The notes under the pieces were generated by a model. It had not been told where the DNA came from. It saw nothing but the letters and a program-made list of their open reading frames with translations, and searched no databases. Shown piece after piece: positions 1-11,751 of a stretch of 49,169 bases of DNA (position 1 is the stretch's first letter; each line of letters starts with the position of its first letter). The stretch lies in the NCBI GenBank assembly GCA_000934665.2, contig JYFJ02002900.1, forward strand, positions 1-49,169, in the 5' to 3' direction. This DNA comes from Catajapyx aquilonaris. Taxonomy: Eukaryota. The translations under genes were made by a program, and so were the position numbers.

Positions 1-1262
1 TAGCGCCCCCCCCCCCCACCCCCATTTTCTGTATTTAAGCAGCACCTGAAAATAAACACCGGCCAGTCTTCCTTCAGCTCTGACTTTGATTACAACACGC
101 TAAACCAATATTAGTTATTTATTGCACAATTTTTTACGTCACAGGACTGATGAGGAATGCCGCTGATTTTGATTAACAAAAATTGAATCTTTTCAAGTCA
201 ATTTATTGACAGTTGTTAACACAGGTGACTGCAAGTGCCTTTACATGAGCAATTCCCAATTACAATAAAGCAGCAAATGTGACTGATAAGCAGAAAGGCA
301 GTGAAAATCGAGCGCTCAACTTCCTCTTCCTTCCTTCCAATCAGAAACATTTGTTCAATGCCCCAACCCTTACCTCCACAGAAGTTGTCTACGTATATTT
401 AACAGGCACTGCAGAATTGCTATGATTCTGGTATACATATCCAACGTATGGTGGAAATGGCGGCGTCGTAGCGTCACTACTGGAGAACCACCATCTGAAA
501 ATGCAAATGTGTATGAGTAACCATGCATATTGTTAATAAGTTATTTACCTCTTATGAAGCCACGCTCACTGCTTTGTGCCTACATGCTGCATTTTTGAGA
601 ATTGTAGCCAGCAGATACGATCAAACGGGATACGGAGCTTTCAGTTGCTGCACCACCGATCTCAATGATGAATTCCATAATTTATTGCAGATTCTGAAAG
701 TGAATAGACATTAGTAGAAATAATCGTATACACAAGATTATCACTTACCATGATAGTCATCATGCTGAGAGGATTGTCCTGTTGGGGGGGTCAAGTTTTA
801 TGGACTCCCCTATAAGTCAAGTCCGGCACATTTATTGTTTTTTAGCTCTCGTTTCCGGAATAATTTCTGCACTGAAGATATTCTGCAAAAAAAATGAGAA
901 AAATTATACACAAGTCGGCAAAACGAGTTACAAATAAAAGGATACATTACGTACGCTACGTCCAACTGTATAGTAGGACCAGCTGACCAGCTTCACCTGA
1001 AAAATTCAACTAGCAAATTAGCACATTTTCAAATGCCGTAATCAAAATAAATTGCTGCAACTATCGTTACAGGGTTTTTTTTTTGTCACATTTCCGTGCT
1101 GCAGTTTGGGTAATGGCGGCGAATATGGCCTACCCTAACACCTAACACGTACGCAACACGAATATTCGTCTCGTTCAACCATAACTTCAACCGCAATCTG
1201 AAGAAGAAAAAAAAGCCCCTTTTGGCCGTTCAATAATAATTGCAATAGAATTCACCGACACA

Positions 1263-4225
1263 TCAGGCCGTGAATCCCATTTCCAATAATATTATAGGCT
1301 GGCCGACAGTTACTAGCAATCTCACAAAGGTCTCCTCGTACTGGATTTGCAACAATGGGACGTCAGGCACAGCTGTTTGGGACAACCAGTATTCTGGAAA
1401 GACAGGAAACCAAATTAGAAAAATGCGTTTTTTAAACAAATGGACCCCCACCCATCCAACCCCCCACCCCTAGTCGGCCTTACATGACATTACTTCCGGC
1501 ATTTGATGACAAATGCAATTCCCAACAATGCAATGGCCAGACTGCTCAAATCACGCGTCCCTCCCCCTGAATTTATTAGAAAGGCTCCACTCATAGCATC
1601 TCACCCTGGAAAGGCTTCTGATCTGATCAGAGGAGACCAAAACAGCTCCTCTGACCTTTTGACCCCAAGTGCTTTCCAGAGGGAAGTGTTGCGTTTCCTC
1701 AGTCGCCTCTTCAGCCGCCGTCTGATTGACCTTGACCTGAATTGACCTGCCTTGAACACTAAACCCATCCAAAAATGACGGCAGCCAGACGACCTCCACG
1801 CTATACACTTCCTCCCCACATCACGTACTATTGACCGCAAAAGTAATGTCGCGACTGTTTATGTGCTTTTGTGTTTATATGTTGGTAATCCTGGGCGCTG
1901 CCAGGTTACGGACATGTTTAATTGGCGACGTTCCGGAATCCACAGCACTCTGCTCACCGGACACGGCCGCGGTCCCTTGGCCGCACTGTCCGGGTCGCTG
2001 TTTGAGAGCGCCGCTACTTATTCGTGCAACTTATTTCTAGTTTGGGTAATTCCATGTGAGATCATACAACTATGTTCCCCAGACCTTTTTTTTTGAAAAT
2101 CAAACTTTGGCCCTTAGGGTCGTATTTTGTCAAGGTCACAGGGACATATTTTTCAAACCAGAGAACTGCTATAAGTCACGAGAAATGACGAGGTCAAAAA
2201 TGGGAACTTTTCCATTCTGAAGTTTACAATAACCCGATAATTTCTCTAATTATGCGTCCCACACACATGCAAAATGGGGCTTAATATTCTACACGCCGAA
2301 CCCGCAGATAACCTCCAAAAAATTCTACGATTAAAATTACGTGTCTTTTGGCAGGTCATATCCCTTCAGTGGTGCAAGTTTCATTTTTGTCTTCGTATTA
2401 GGGCCCGAGATATAAAATACAGTAAATAAGGATGCGCCACTTATGCCCTTTTGCGCGCAACATTACGAATTTGCGTGACCCTTGATGTGACGACCCGCAA
2501 CAGAGTCGAATTTTACGAAATTTTTTGTGAGTAATCTGCTACTCATAACATTTCAGTGGTATGCATTTACATTGTTGTGTTCGTTATAGGGTCTGAGATA
2601 TAAAAATAAATAAGGTGGCCGACTGGGCCATTCTACGACAAGGTGGCCAAGTTGGTGGCTCGGGCATCTCAGAATGTATTGTTGTAATCTCCTTATATTA
2701 TACGCATATAAAATGAACAGGCGTGAGATGAGGAACATTTTGGAAGCAACCGTTTTAACCTAGAGCGTAAAATGGAAATGCTAAAAAAAATCCCAATCCT
2801 GAAAAGTCCGTTTTCCCCATCATTTGGTCATCCCCCCCCCCTCTTGTGACACTGGGCAAATTTTAAATTTACACGTGTTAAAATAAGCGTCATGTCATGC
2901 TTGACCTATCTATTTAAGAAAGGTTCAGTTCCCATGAGCGACTCACTAGCAGAAAATCTCTAAATTCAGCACCAAGATGACCAAATGATGGAAAAAAGGA
3001 CATTTCAGGATTTATTATTTCCAAGACTGCTAGACTTGTGATGTTGTCCTTCTCCAGGAGTAATGAGTAGATGACCATGTATACTCACCACATTAATTTC
3101 ATATTATTAGCATGCGGGTAACAATTTCATTGGACCACCTGAAATGTGCCCCTTTTTGCACAACAATGGGATTTTTTTATTACTATTTCCATTTTACGCT
3201 CTAGGTTAAAACGGTTGCCTCCACAATGTTCCTCATCTCACGCCCGTTCATTTGATATACGTATAATATAATGGGGTTACAACAATACATTCTGAGATGG
3301 CCGAGCCACCAACTTGGCCGCCTTGTCATAGAATGACCCAGACGCACCTGGCCACCTTATTTACTGTATTTTATATCTCGGGCCCTAATACGAAGGCAAA
3401 AATGAAACTTGCACCACTGAAGGGATATCACCTGCCAAAATGACACGTAATTTTAATCGTAGAATTTTTTGGAGGTTATCTGCGGGTTCGGCGTGTAGAA
3501 TATTAAGCCCCATTTTGCATGTGTGTGGGACGCATAATTAGAGAAATTCTCGGGTTATTGTAAACGTCAGAATGGAAAAGTTCCCATTTTTGACCTCGTC
3601 ATTTCTCGTGACTTATATAGCGGTTCTCTGGTTTGAAAAATATGTCCCTGTGACCTTGACAAAATACGACCCTAAGTGCCAAATTTTGATTTTCAAAAAA
3701 AAGGTCTGGGGAACATAGTTGTATGATCTCACATGGAATTACCCAAACTAGAAATAAGTTGCACGAATAAGTAGCGGCGCTCTCAAACAGCGACCCGGAC
3801 AGTGCGGCCAAGGGACCGCGGCCGTGACCGGTGAGCAGAGTGCTGTGGATTCCGGAACGTCGCCAAATAAACATGTCCGTAACCTGGCAGCGCCCAGGAT
3901 TACAAACACATAAACACAAAAGCACATAAACAGTCGCGACATTACTTTTGCGGGCAATAACACACTCAGCCAAACATGCCAGCGCATGCCACGGACAATA
4001 TTGTTCGTAGCCTACCTATCAACCAATAATTGTACGCAATATTTGGCCGATTGGTGTACGATAACCAGAAGTGTGTAGTTAATATTGACACAACAAGTCT
4101 GCAAGAGACACGTTTGGAGCATCGGTCCAACCCACCGATGCCATATTACCAAACCTCTCACAAGACGAGTGTGGGAACCTGGAAGTGTCTTGTGTTGGAC
4201 CATTGTTGGGTCCTAGTGGAGCCTT
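1263..4225 (-). pseudogene. Decayed coding remnant, possibly a transposon-associated SAMD3-like ORF, split by the 1831-3957 insertion
   Basis: Fragments in order on -: HFQVPTLV*...RLVVSILTTHFWLSYTNRP (about 4200-4040), PSFLDG and SIRRRLKRRLRK (about 1790-1690), and an exon after a tttccag acceptor, VPLLQIQYEETFVRLLVTVGQPII (about 1393-1270). Contains stops and frameshifts; family call is pattern recall only. Confidence 0.3.
1831..3957. mobile_element. 2.1-kb non-autonomous foldback DNA element with about 1-kb inverted arms and TA flanks
   Basis: TA|TTGACCGCAAAAGTAATGTCGCG...CGCGACATTACTTTTGCGGGCAA|TA. Arms about 1831-2832 and 2975-3957; the left arm has an extra segment (about 2432-2610) and a deletion near 2795. 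Mirror-image ORFs in the track confirm the inversion. Confidence 0.9.
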
Positions 4226-6167
4226 TCTCTGCAAGTCACCTTACACTCCAACGGTGGTTGACATCAAATGGGGTCCGATGGGGCAGGCAGGCAGATGATA
4301 TGTCTCCTGTAGGATGTCACTCTATAGGGAGGAAAGAGTAGATGAAAATGTTGGACATCGTGATACACCCTGTACACACTCACCACTGACTGGATGGGCG
4401 GAAAGTGTCTCCGCTGATGATTCCAATCCTGGTCCAATCACTCCGACAATAATCTGACGAATGAACAGAGGTGGCTCTGAACAGCCTCTTTTTATGCCTT
4501 CATGAGGAAGATAAGACCAAGCAAGGCTCGAGTCACGTGACATGCAGATGCTCATGGGAACCGGTTTTTTTTCTGTAGGCAGGATTACCTGGGAACTGGC
4601 CTGTTCGATCGTGATACATGTTATACTCTAAGAAAGATAGTTGCGAAACATTTCATCCCAATTTGATTAGATATTTTTCAAAGGACGCAAATACAGCCTA
4701 AAAATCGATCTTGAACTAACTTGTCCCATAGTTTCTTCGCAATTTAAAACAATTTAATAAGGCAATTTGCCGATCCAAATCCTCAGTTCAAAAGGGATGA
4801 CGACTGGAGAAAAATACGCCGAAAAAATGGCCAAGTTGTCCCAGTGGAGGCAAAAATATTTCAAACTCTACCTATATAAATATAATTATGTATGCGTTGT
4901 CTATGCCAATTAATATGCCAGTGGTGAGGTGACGTGAATATCAAAAATTCCATCTACGCGGATGTGAGCTAAATTCTGAAACACACGTTTGAGTACCGCG
5001 TGACCTTAAAAAAGTTGCCACACAAAAATGGACATTTGAATTTCATTCATCACCGAACAAGACGTATATTACTGGTCACACATAATCTTCCTGTCGTCAT
5101 TTGCATCACCCCAAAATCTGTCATAAAAAACTGTCAAAAACTGTTAGCGTCCATGTGCGGTCCATTCCAATTTAGTGCAGGTACAGGTTGACTGTCGGGT
5201 CAGAGGTCACCCGAGCACGATCACCTCCAGGTCAGGGGGCAGCACGACCGGCTTGTGTGCAGGTGGTTTGGGCTTCATGTAGCTATAAGGAACTGGTCAG
5301 GTATCTCGACTGTATAGTCACCTCTTTGGCCAGACCACGCCTGACCGCTTGACCTTCGTAGCTACGGGTAAACAAACCACATGACGCCTCATGAGTCAAC
5401 CAAGTGTCACAGATATTTTTTGTGTATGTGACACTTCCGGAACGTATAGATGTCAATTTACCGAATGACGATTAGATTGGGGAATTGCAGCTTTGAAAAG
5501 GTAGTTGTTGTACTACATCACCTCCGAGGGCACTCCGGGGGCTTCCAGGACACGGTAACCAACCTGGGAGGTATTTAGCCACATGAGAGGGTGTAGCACT
5601 GAATGACCCAAAGTTTGTTCAAAATGCGGTCCCAATTTTCTCCAAAATAGGTCCGAATTTCCTCTCAAATGTGGTCCGAACTTTGATCTTGGCACACTTC
5701 CTCCCACATCCGCAGCAGCATTATTCCATTCCAGTAGGTGTTATTCCGTAGACATATATTATTCCTATAGGCGTTATTCCACCCATCCGGCATGACAAGT
5801 CCGTAGATCGTAGTTGAATATAATTACGACATTTGAATGAATGTAGTAGGAACACATCGGGCACCATGTTCAGGTTTTTCTGTCACGTATTAGCAGAAAA
5901 ATGAACGTAGACTAGTAGTAATGCAAGACCATAATTAAGCGCTTCCAGAAAAACATGACTAGATGTTGCCGCTAGCGCATCTGGCGGCCGAGCCCGCAAC
6001 CATCTCCTTGTCCCCATTTTGTTTGCCATTTTGGGCATCACGCCATCACCCACCAGGGGGAGATCATACACCGTAAGTCCCTACACCGTGGTGTGGCCCT
6101 TCAGGTTCATTATCAAAAGTACAGTAGTGTCTTGCTAAGTAACATATAAAATAATGTAGTTGCATCA

Positions 6168-6417
6168 GAGACGCTTAGAACAAAAGTGGCCCAAGTCCAT
6201 TTTTGCCACTGCCGAGAAACGACCGCCATCACGCTCATATAAGACTACTCCATGTTGGTCCAAAGTAGGTGTAGGTTCTAATTTGGACATTTGGCCAGTA
6301 GATGGAGTAATCATATTTATGCTCCAAGGAGAATTGCCTCCTTCATGGGGCATTTCAAGTCAATTTTTGTAGCATTATTTTTTTGGATTTGGGCCACTTT
6401 TGTTCTATAAGCGACTC
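6168..6417. mobile_element. About 250-bp MITE-like element with about 30-bp TIRs (GAG termini)
   Basis: gagacgcttagaacaaaagtggcccaagtcc pairs with ggatttgggccacttttgttctataagcgactc; no clear TSD. Confidence 0.6.
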
Positions 6418-6546
6418 AATTTTCACCAAACCTAGCTCACAGAAATTCCCTGTATGAGGTATAATCATGCTTATTTCAGTTGTTAACTGTCAAATTAACT
6501 TCAACTTTGGTCACCTCCTAACTCCATTGTTACTATTCATAATTAT

Positions 6547-7179
6547 TAGAGAACGGCTTTCTAGGTTTTTACCTACTTTTTCTTTTGTAGGCAGAACACC
6601 GGAACCAAAACATCTATCCGTTTCATAACACAAGGACCTCAAAAATCGTAGTTTTATAGAACCTAAAAATGCCTATTTCGGGTGTTGGGACCTAAATGGC
6701 CTATTAGCACCTATTAGTGCCTATTTCGACCTTTTTCACGCCATTCGGTAAGATTTTCGAGAGTTCTGCAGGTTTTCCATTCAAGGAATTCCTCCCACTT
6801 CAACCTGTGACGACAGAAGAAGCGATTGATGGGTAAGATCCCGGGAAATATGCCGGTAACCGTTATTGCAACTCGAAGTAACTGTTATTAATAGCCGTTA
6901 AATAAGCTGCTACATTCGGCCCAACGACTTTTCTATCTGCCGTATTGGCTCCCCGTGAGGGAGGATCTTAACTGTCGCCGAAAAGCTGCGATTAACCACC
7001 GAAAATATGGAATAACTGCTAGTTTGTTACTGTGCTGCAAAATTCCATTGTATAGATATTAAAATAAATTAGAACCAGCCCGATTTATAGTGCCTATTTA
7101 AGAGCCTATTTTGACTATTTTCAGGGCCTAAATGCCTACCTATTTGAGGGTTTTTTAGAACCTAGACATCCGTTCTCTA
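6547..7179. mobile_element. Non-autonomous hAT-like element
   Basis: TIR TAGAGAACGG(ctt/atg)TCTAGGTT; 8-bp flanks ataattat and ttaattat (7/8 match); subterminal gcctatt repeats near both ends. Confidence 0.72.
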
Positions 7180-7842
7180 TTAATTATTATTCATTCTATA
7201 GTCCAGATAATAATCATAATGAAGACTTTATATCACATTTTATTTATTACCCCACCACTCCATATTTTTGGGGTGAACGTATAGAATATTGTGTTTGGGC
7301 AAGTACAAACTGTTGACGATATTACTTATCCAAATTTCCAATTTCGTATCAGCAGCCAAAATTTCATTTTATGCAAGCCATCACTGATAGGCCATGCCAT
7401 GTCCAACATTGCCCGATATGGCTATATCCTATATGGACTTACTTGTTAATTGTTATAGACTGAATTTAATTACAATCTGATTGGACTTTGGGCCAAAACA
7501 ATTGAAGGGGTCGGTGCAATACTGCCCTAACCCACCAAATGACACAAATTGAGTTTCGTGCACTTCCATACACTACACTCAAATATCTAATAAAGTACAC
7601 TGAGATTGTCCCGTTTCTACCATCTGTCGGTGAGAAATCAAACTATGTTTTCCTTGCTGCAAGGTTATGAGTGCCTTTTCTGCAGCAATACCGCCCTATC
7701 CCTCCATCTTGAAATATGGCAGCGCGTAGGTTGCAGGTGCGGGCAGCTGCGTCTCACGACGAGTCAGGCTTAATTAGTGACTCGGATGACCCAGATGTGG
7801 GTGAGAGTTCCGAGGATCCCGATTTCAATCCTGATTATGATT

Positions 7843-7890
<48 letters not shown>

Positions 7891-7901
7891 TGATGATGAT
7901 G
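7843..7901. repeat. (GAT)n microsatellite
   Basis: Direct reading; produces the poly-D in ORF 7716-8021. Confidence 0.95.
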
Positions 7902-7954
7902 TGCAAAGCAGCAGTGCAGAGCAGGCAACAATTGCAGCAAAATAATAATACTCT

Positions 7955-9046
7955 ATTAGTGGAGTCATTCCATGCCAAGACGGACAAGTTGGTGGCTAGA
8001 CCATCTCAGATTTTGATATAAAAAATCATGTGCGTACACACACATGAATTGTTGCCAAAAACAAAATTGGAGCCTCTCAGGTGAAAATACCACGGAGATA
8101 TGGCAACGTCTTTCAGCAACAATGGAGCCGGAAGAACCATTTATTTCAGGCGGAGTTATTGTTTCACTCCCATGTTCATATATATCAAAGGCGCCGACGT
8201 GAGATGAGGAACATTTTGGTGACAATAGTTTTAACATAACACGGTAAATAACAATTCTAAAAAAAATCGCATTATTATCCAAAACGGTCAGATTTCATAT
8301 GGTCCTATGTCATTATTAAACACATGCTAAGCCTGTGGAATTAATATGGTAGGTACATTATCATCTGATCATTACTACTGTAGACACACATCACAGGTCA
8401 AGCAGTCTTGGAGATAAGTAAGTAATAAGTTTCTTTATTTTTCCCAGTGGGCCTGTCTTGGAGATAATAAATCCTAAAATGTATGTTTTCCCCTAATTTG
8501 GTCATTTTTGGGGTCATTTTGGTCAATGTGGGGCTGGGTCGATTTTTACTGTAAAAATCGACCCAGCCCCACATTGACCAAAATGACCCCAAAAATGACC
8601 AAATGAAGGGAAAACGGACATTTCAGGATTTATTATCTCCAAGACGGCCAAGACCTGTGATGTTTTCCTTCTGCAGTAGTAATGATCAGATGATAATGTA
8701 CCTACCTTATTAATTCCACATGCCGAGCATGCGTTTAATAATGACAGTAGACCATATGAAACCTGACCGTTTTGCACAAAAATGCGAATTTTTAGCACTT
8801 TTATTTTACGTGTTAGGTTAAAACTATTGTCACCAAAATGTTCCTCATCTCACGTCGGTTCCTTTGATATATATGAACATGGGGGTGAAACAATAACTCC
8901 GCCTGAAATAAATGGTTCTTCCGGCTCCATTGTTGCCGAAAGACGTTGCCATATCTCCGTGGGATTTTCACATGAGAGGCTCTAATTTTGTTTTGGCAAC
9001 AATAAATTCATGGGTGTGTGTACGCACATGATTTTTTATATCAAAA
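7955..9046. mobile_element. Near-perfect 1-kb palindrome (foldback element related to 1831-3957)
   Basis: Arms 8011-8549 and 8551-9046 with a 1-nt spacer at 8550 (gatttttac-t-gtaaaaatc). Shares gtgagatgaggaacattttgg and ggacatttcaggatttattat with 1831-3957; homology extends left to about 7955. Confidence 0.9.
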
Positions 9047-9814
9047 CTTGGTGGCGTTTGCGAGGCGGGGCGGGGGCATAAGTCGTAAAGGGCGGGGAGC
9101 AAGCGCGCCGCAGACGGAATTTTTTTGAGGGTTCAAGGTCACACGAGCTTAGGTGAATGTGGGAGATTTGAATGGGTGTGTACAGTATTTGATGATCCTA
9201 ATTTGCAGATTAAAATTTAGAAAATATTTCACTTCCNCCCTGGATCCGCCTCTGTCAACATATGCTGAACGAACTGAAAAAACCAGGAATAGGGAGTAGG
9301 AAACTAACTAGTGAAGCTTGTGATACTTTCTTGACCAAAATTTAGCTCGCATTACATTTGGGTGCAATACAACTGCCCTAAACCATTTTTTCACACGCGG
9401 GCACCATATTTTGTTCATTCTGAGAGTCTGTGGGTGGTCCATCATCATCATCATCATCATCATAATAGCACATAAATGATCCCTATTAGTGCCTTGTATA
9501 TTGGGGTAGAAATGAAAATTGTCACATGGAAAAGGTGATTTATATGGGTCATCTCAAACTTTCAAATGCGTTTTTCTCATAATCAGGTTTGGGAGGGTTA
9601 GGGCGGTATTGCACCGACCCCTTCAATTACTAAGTCCATAGTAAGACAAGTAATATTGGGTACCTTGCTCCGCACCCCTAGTTGGAAACCCTGCAGTAAA
9701 GTAACAATGTTATCAATATGAATTTATTTCCTTCAAATCGCATTATGTTGTATTGCGCTTCTTTTACGCCACAAAGAGTAATCTGTTCTGTATAAAGTTG
9801 CTAATGATACAGAG

Positions 9815-9980
9815 CTTCTCGCTCATCATTTGTTCTTTCCCACACTTCTCGGATCATCATTTGTTCTTTCCCACACTTCTCGCTCATCATTTGTTCTTTC
9901 CCACACTCCTCGGATCATCATTTGTTCTTTCCCACACTTCTCGCTCATCATTTGTTCTTTTCCACACTTCTCGGATCATT
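9815..9980. repeat. Minisatellite of alternating 30/31-bp units (61-bp dimer), about 5.5 units
   Basis: cttctcgctcatcatttgttctttcccaca alternates with cttctcggatcatcatttgttctttcccaca; no spacers. Confidence 0.95.
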
Positions 9981-10202
9981 CCTGCTTTCTCAACAATGGC
10001 TTTGCCCTCTGTCTCCAAGGAGAGACCGGACTGAAAGTCCTCTACTTCTCATTAAGGAAGCTGGTCTGAGGCCTGAACCACCCCTCCTTCTTCTTGCTCG
10101 TCTTTCTTGCCCTCAAGCTCTTCGCCTTCTCCATCATCCTCAACTTCCTCCTTTACTTCTTCGGCGGTGATGAGGTGGTTCTCATCCAAACACCCAATGT
10201 CC

Positions 10203-11290
10203 TCATCCTATGAGGTGGGTGCGTCTTCTGCCTCCAAGCTGTCTTTTATAGGCGTCAACTTCGCTCCTTGAGGACGACTCCAGGTCCGTCTCCAGGCCAT
10301 CGGAAGAAGAGTCCTCCGGGTCCGTTGGGATCACAACGAAGCTCTCGGTCTCCTTGGCCCTTGAAGTCTCATCACCCACTTTCTCCTCCGCTTCTTTGTT
10401 GTCACTCCTTATGCTGTTCCTCCCTGTGGGCTTGGTCTTTGACATCTTGACAGGCACCTTCCTTGGGGAGACCTCCTGATGACCTTTGGCGTCTTTTTTC
10501 CTCGCTGGTGGACATTAGCAAGATCCCTGCGACGCTTCTTTTGCACCTCAGGTTTTGTCTGAAGCCTCAGCATCCTCTTTTCTCCGGGGACATCCAGCCA
10601 ATCAAAATCCCTTTTGCTGCACAGTTGCTGATACAGCACCTGGAAGAGGCGATATACATTATCTATCACTACATACGTACAACACTCATCAAGTGACACG
10701 TACCCCAGATTGACCTGTTAGAATCACAAAGTACTCTCGGTAGTGTTTCCTGACCTCATTCCTGTACTTCTGGACAGCCTCAGGAAGGTGAGCCTGTCCC
10801 ACCTGACCTGGGCCACAGCCACCCACTCCTCTGGGTCGCTGCTCGTGGTCTCTGACGCGATGATCTGAATTCACACGTGACATATTAGACAAAGTGGACG
10901 CCAAATGGGACATGTGAGCTTACCTCCCGCTCTTGACTATAAAAGAGGACGAACGCCCTCTGGTCCAGGGTGATCAGCCCATCTTCTCCGAGGACCCTGC
11001 TGACGTCCCAGAGAGCCCTCTGCCTCCTCCCCTCCCAAGTCCTTCCTCGGGCCTCCTTTGCCCACATCTTCCTCTCATCCTCCCCCAGCTCTCGGCTCTC
11101 GCCACCTCTTCTTCACCTCCTGATCCGCCTCCTTCCCACTCTTCATCTCCCAAGAGGACCGACGAAGACTCTCCAACGTCATCAGCTGCTCCTTATCCTG
11201 ACACCGAAACAGACCAAAGCCGTTCATCTCCGTCTCTCCTCAACGGACTCTCTCCAATCACAGGACTCGTCAAAAGGTGGTCTGCGAGGG
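10203..11290 (-). pseudogene. Unprocessed multi-HMG-box pseudogene (two clear boxes, a possible third, charged low-complexity tail)
   Basis: Box 1: MNGFGLFRCQDKEQL...EVKKRWRE/LGEDERKMWAKEAR. Box 2: RAFVLFYSQERE|IIASETTSSDPEEWVAVAQVRWDRLT/PEAVQKYRNEVRKHYREY. GT-AG phase-0 introns at 10865-10923 (59 nt) and 10640-10703 (64 nt). Frameshifts: 7-nt duplication at 11088-11101 and 2 extra nt at 10785-10786. Ends approximate. Confidence 0.7.
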
Positions 11291-11658
11291 GACTGCGAGT
11301 CATTGAATGTGAGAATCCTGTGGTTGCTAAAACAATCGGCCCCTAGCATCCTAGCAAAAGAACCTAAAATCGAAATCCTTCAAAACACAACCTCACCGTA
11401 TGACTCAGCAAACCCTTGGAAGCGACGACTTCGAGGCTCTTCGGAATGCACCAGCCCAGGCACCACTAGGGACGTCTTGACCACAGGTCCGGGGCAGGTG
11501 GAACCAAAGAAATTATCCCAAGGTTTTCGGAGCTCAAAATCTCGCTGTGGAAAGCCTATCGTGTTTACCTTGGCAACTACCAGTTATTGTTGACTGTCTC
11601 CGATATTGGTTACGCTACCAACAGAAATGCCATCAATGTTAACCCACTCACCTGGTAG

Positions 11659-11660
<2 letters not shown>

Positions 11661-11715
<55 letters not shown>

Positions 11716-11740
11716 CTCTCTACCTCTACCTCTACCTCTC
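11661..11740. repeat. (CT)n / (CTCTAC)n microsatellite
   Basis: Direct reading. Confidence 0.95.
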
Positions 11741-11751
11741 TCACCCACACA

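Larger units (their letters stand above)
7504..9624. mobile_element. Non-autonomous TIR element with AATT TSD (Sola1-like), hosting a nested foldback
   Basis: 30-bp TIR GAAGGGGTCGGTGCAATAC(t/c)GCCCTAACCC with 1 mismatch; AATT at 7500-7503 and 9625-9628; internal copies of the gcaatac..gcccta motif near 7686 and 9361; acidic ORF start at 7716 (SDSDDPDVGESSEDPDFNP). Confidence 0.8.

Noticed and set aside
1831..3987. Duplicated ORF pairs on opposite strands (also 7965-8985 and 32858-33250)
   Set aside because: They arise from inverted-repeat arms and show no protein-like features
7716..8021. Acidic 101-aa ORF as a host gene
   Set aside because: Poly-D comes from a GAT microsatellite; it lies inside a TIR element and runs into a nested insertion
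9815..9980. CRISPR-like array of about 30-bp repeats
   Set aside because: Units are contiguous with no unique spacers, there are no cas genes, and the context is eukaryotic
10933..11593. Plus-strand Pro/Ser-rich ORFs (137 and 207 aa)
   Set aside because: Antisense shadows of the purine-rich minus-strand HMG pseudogene
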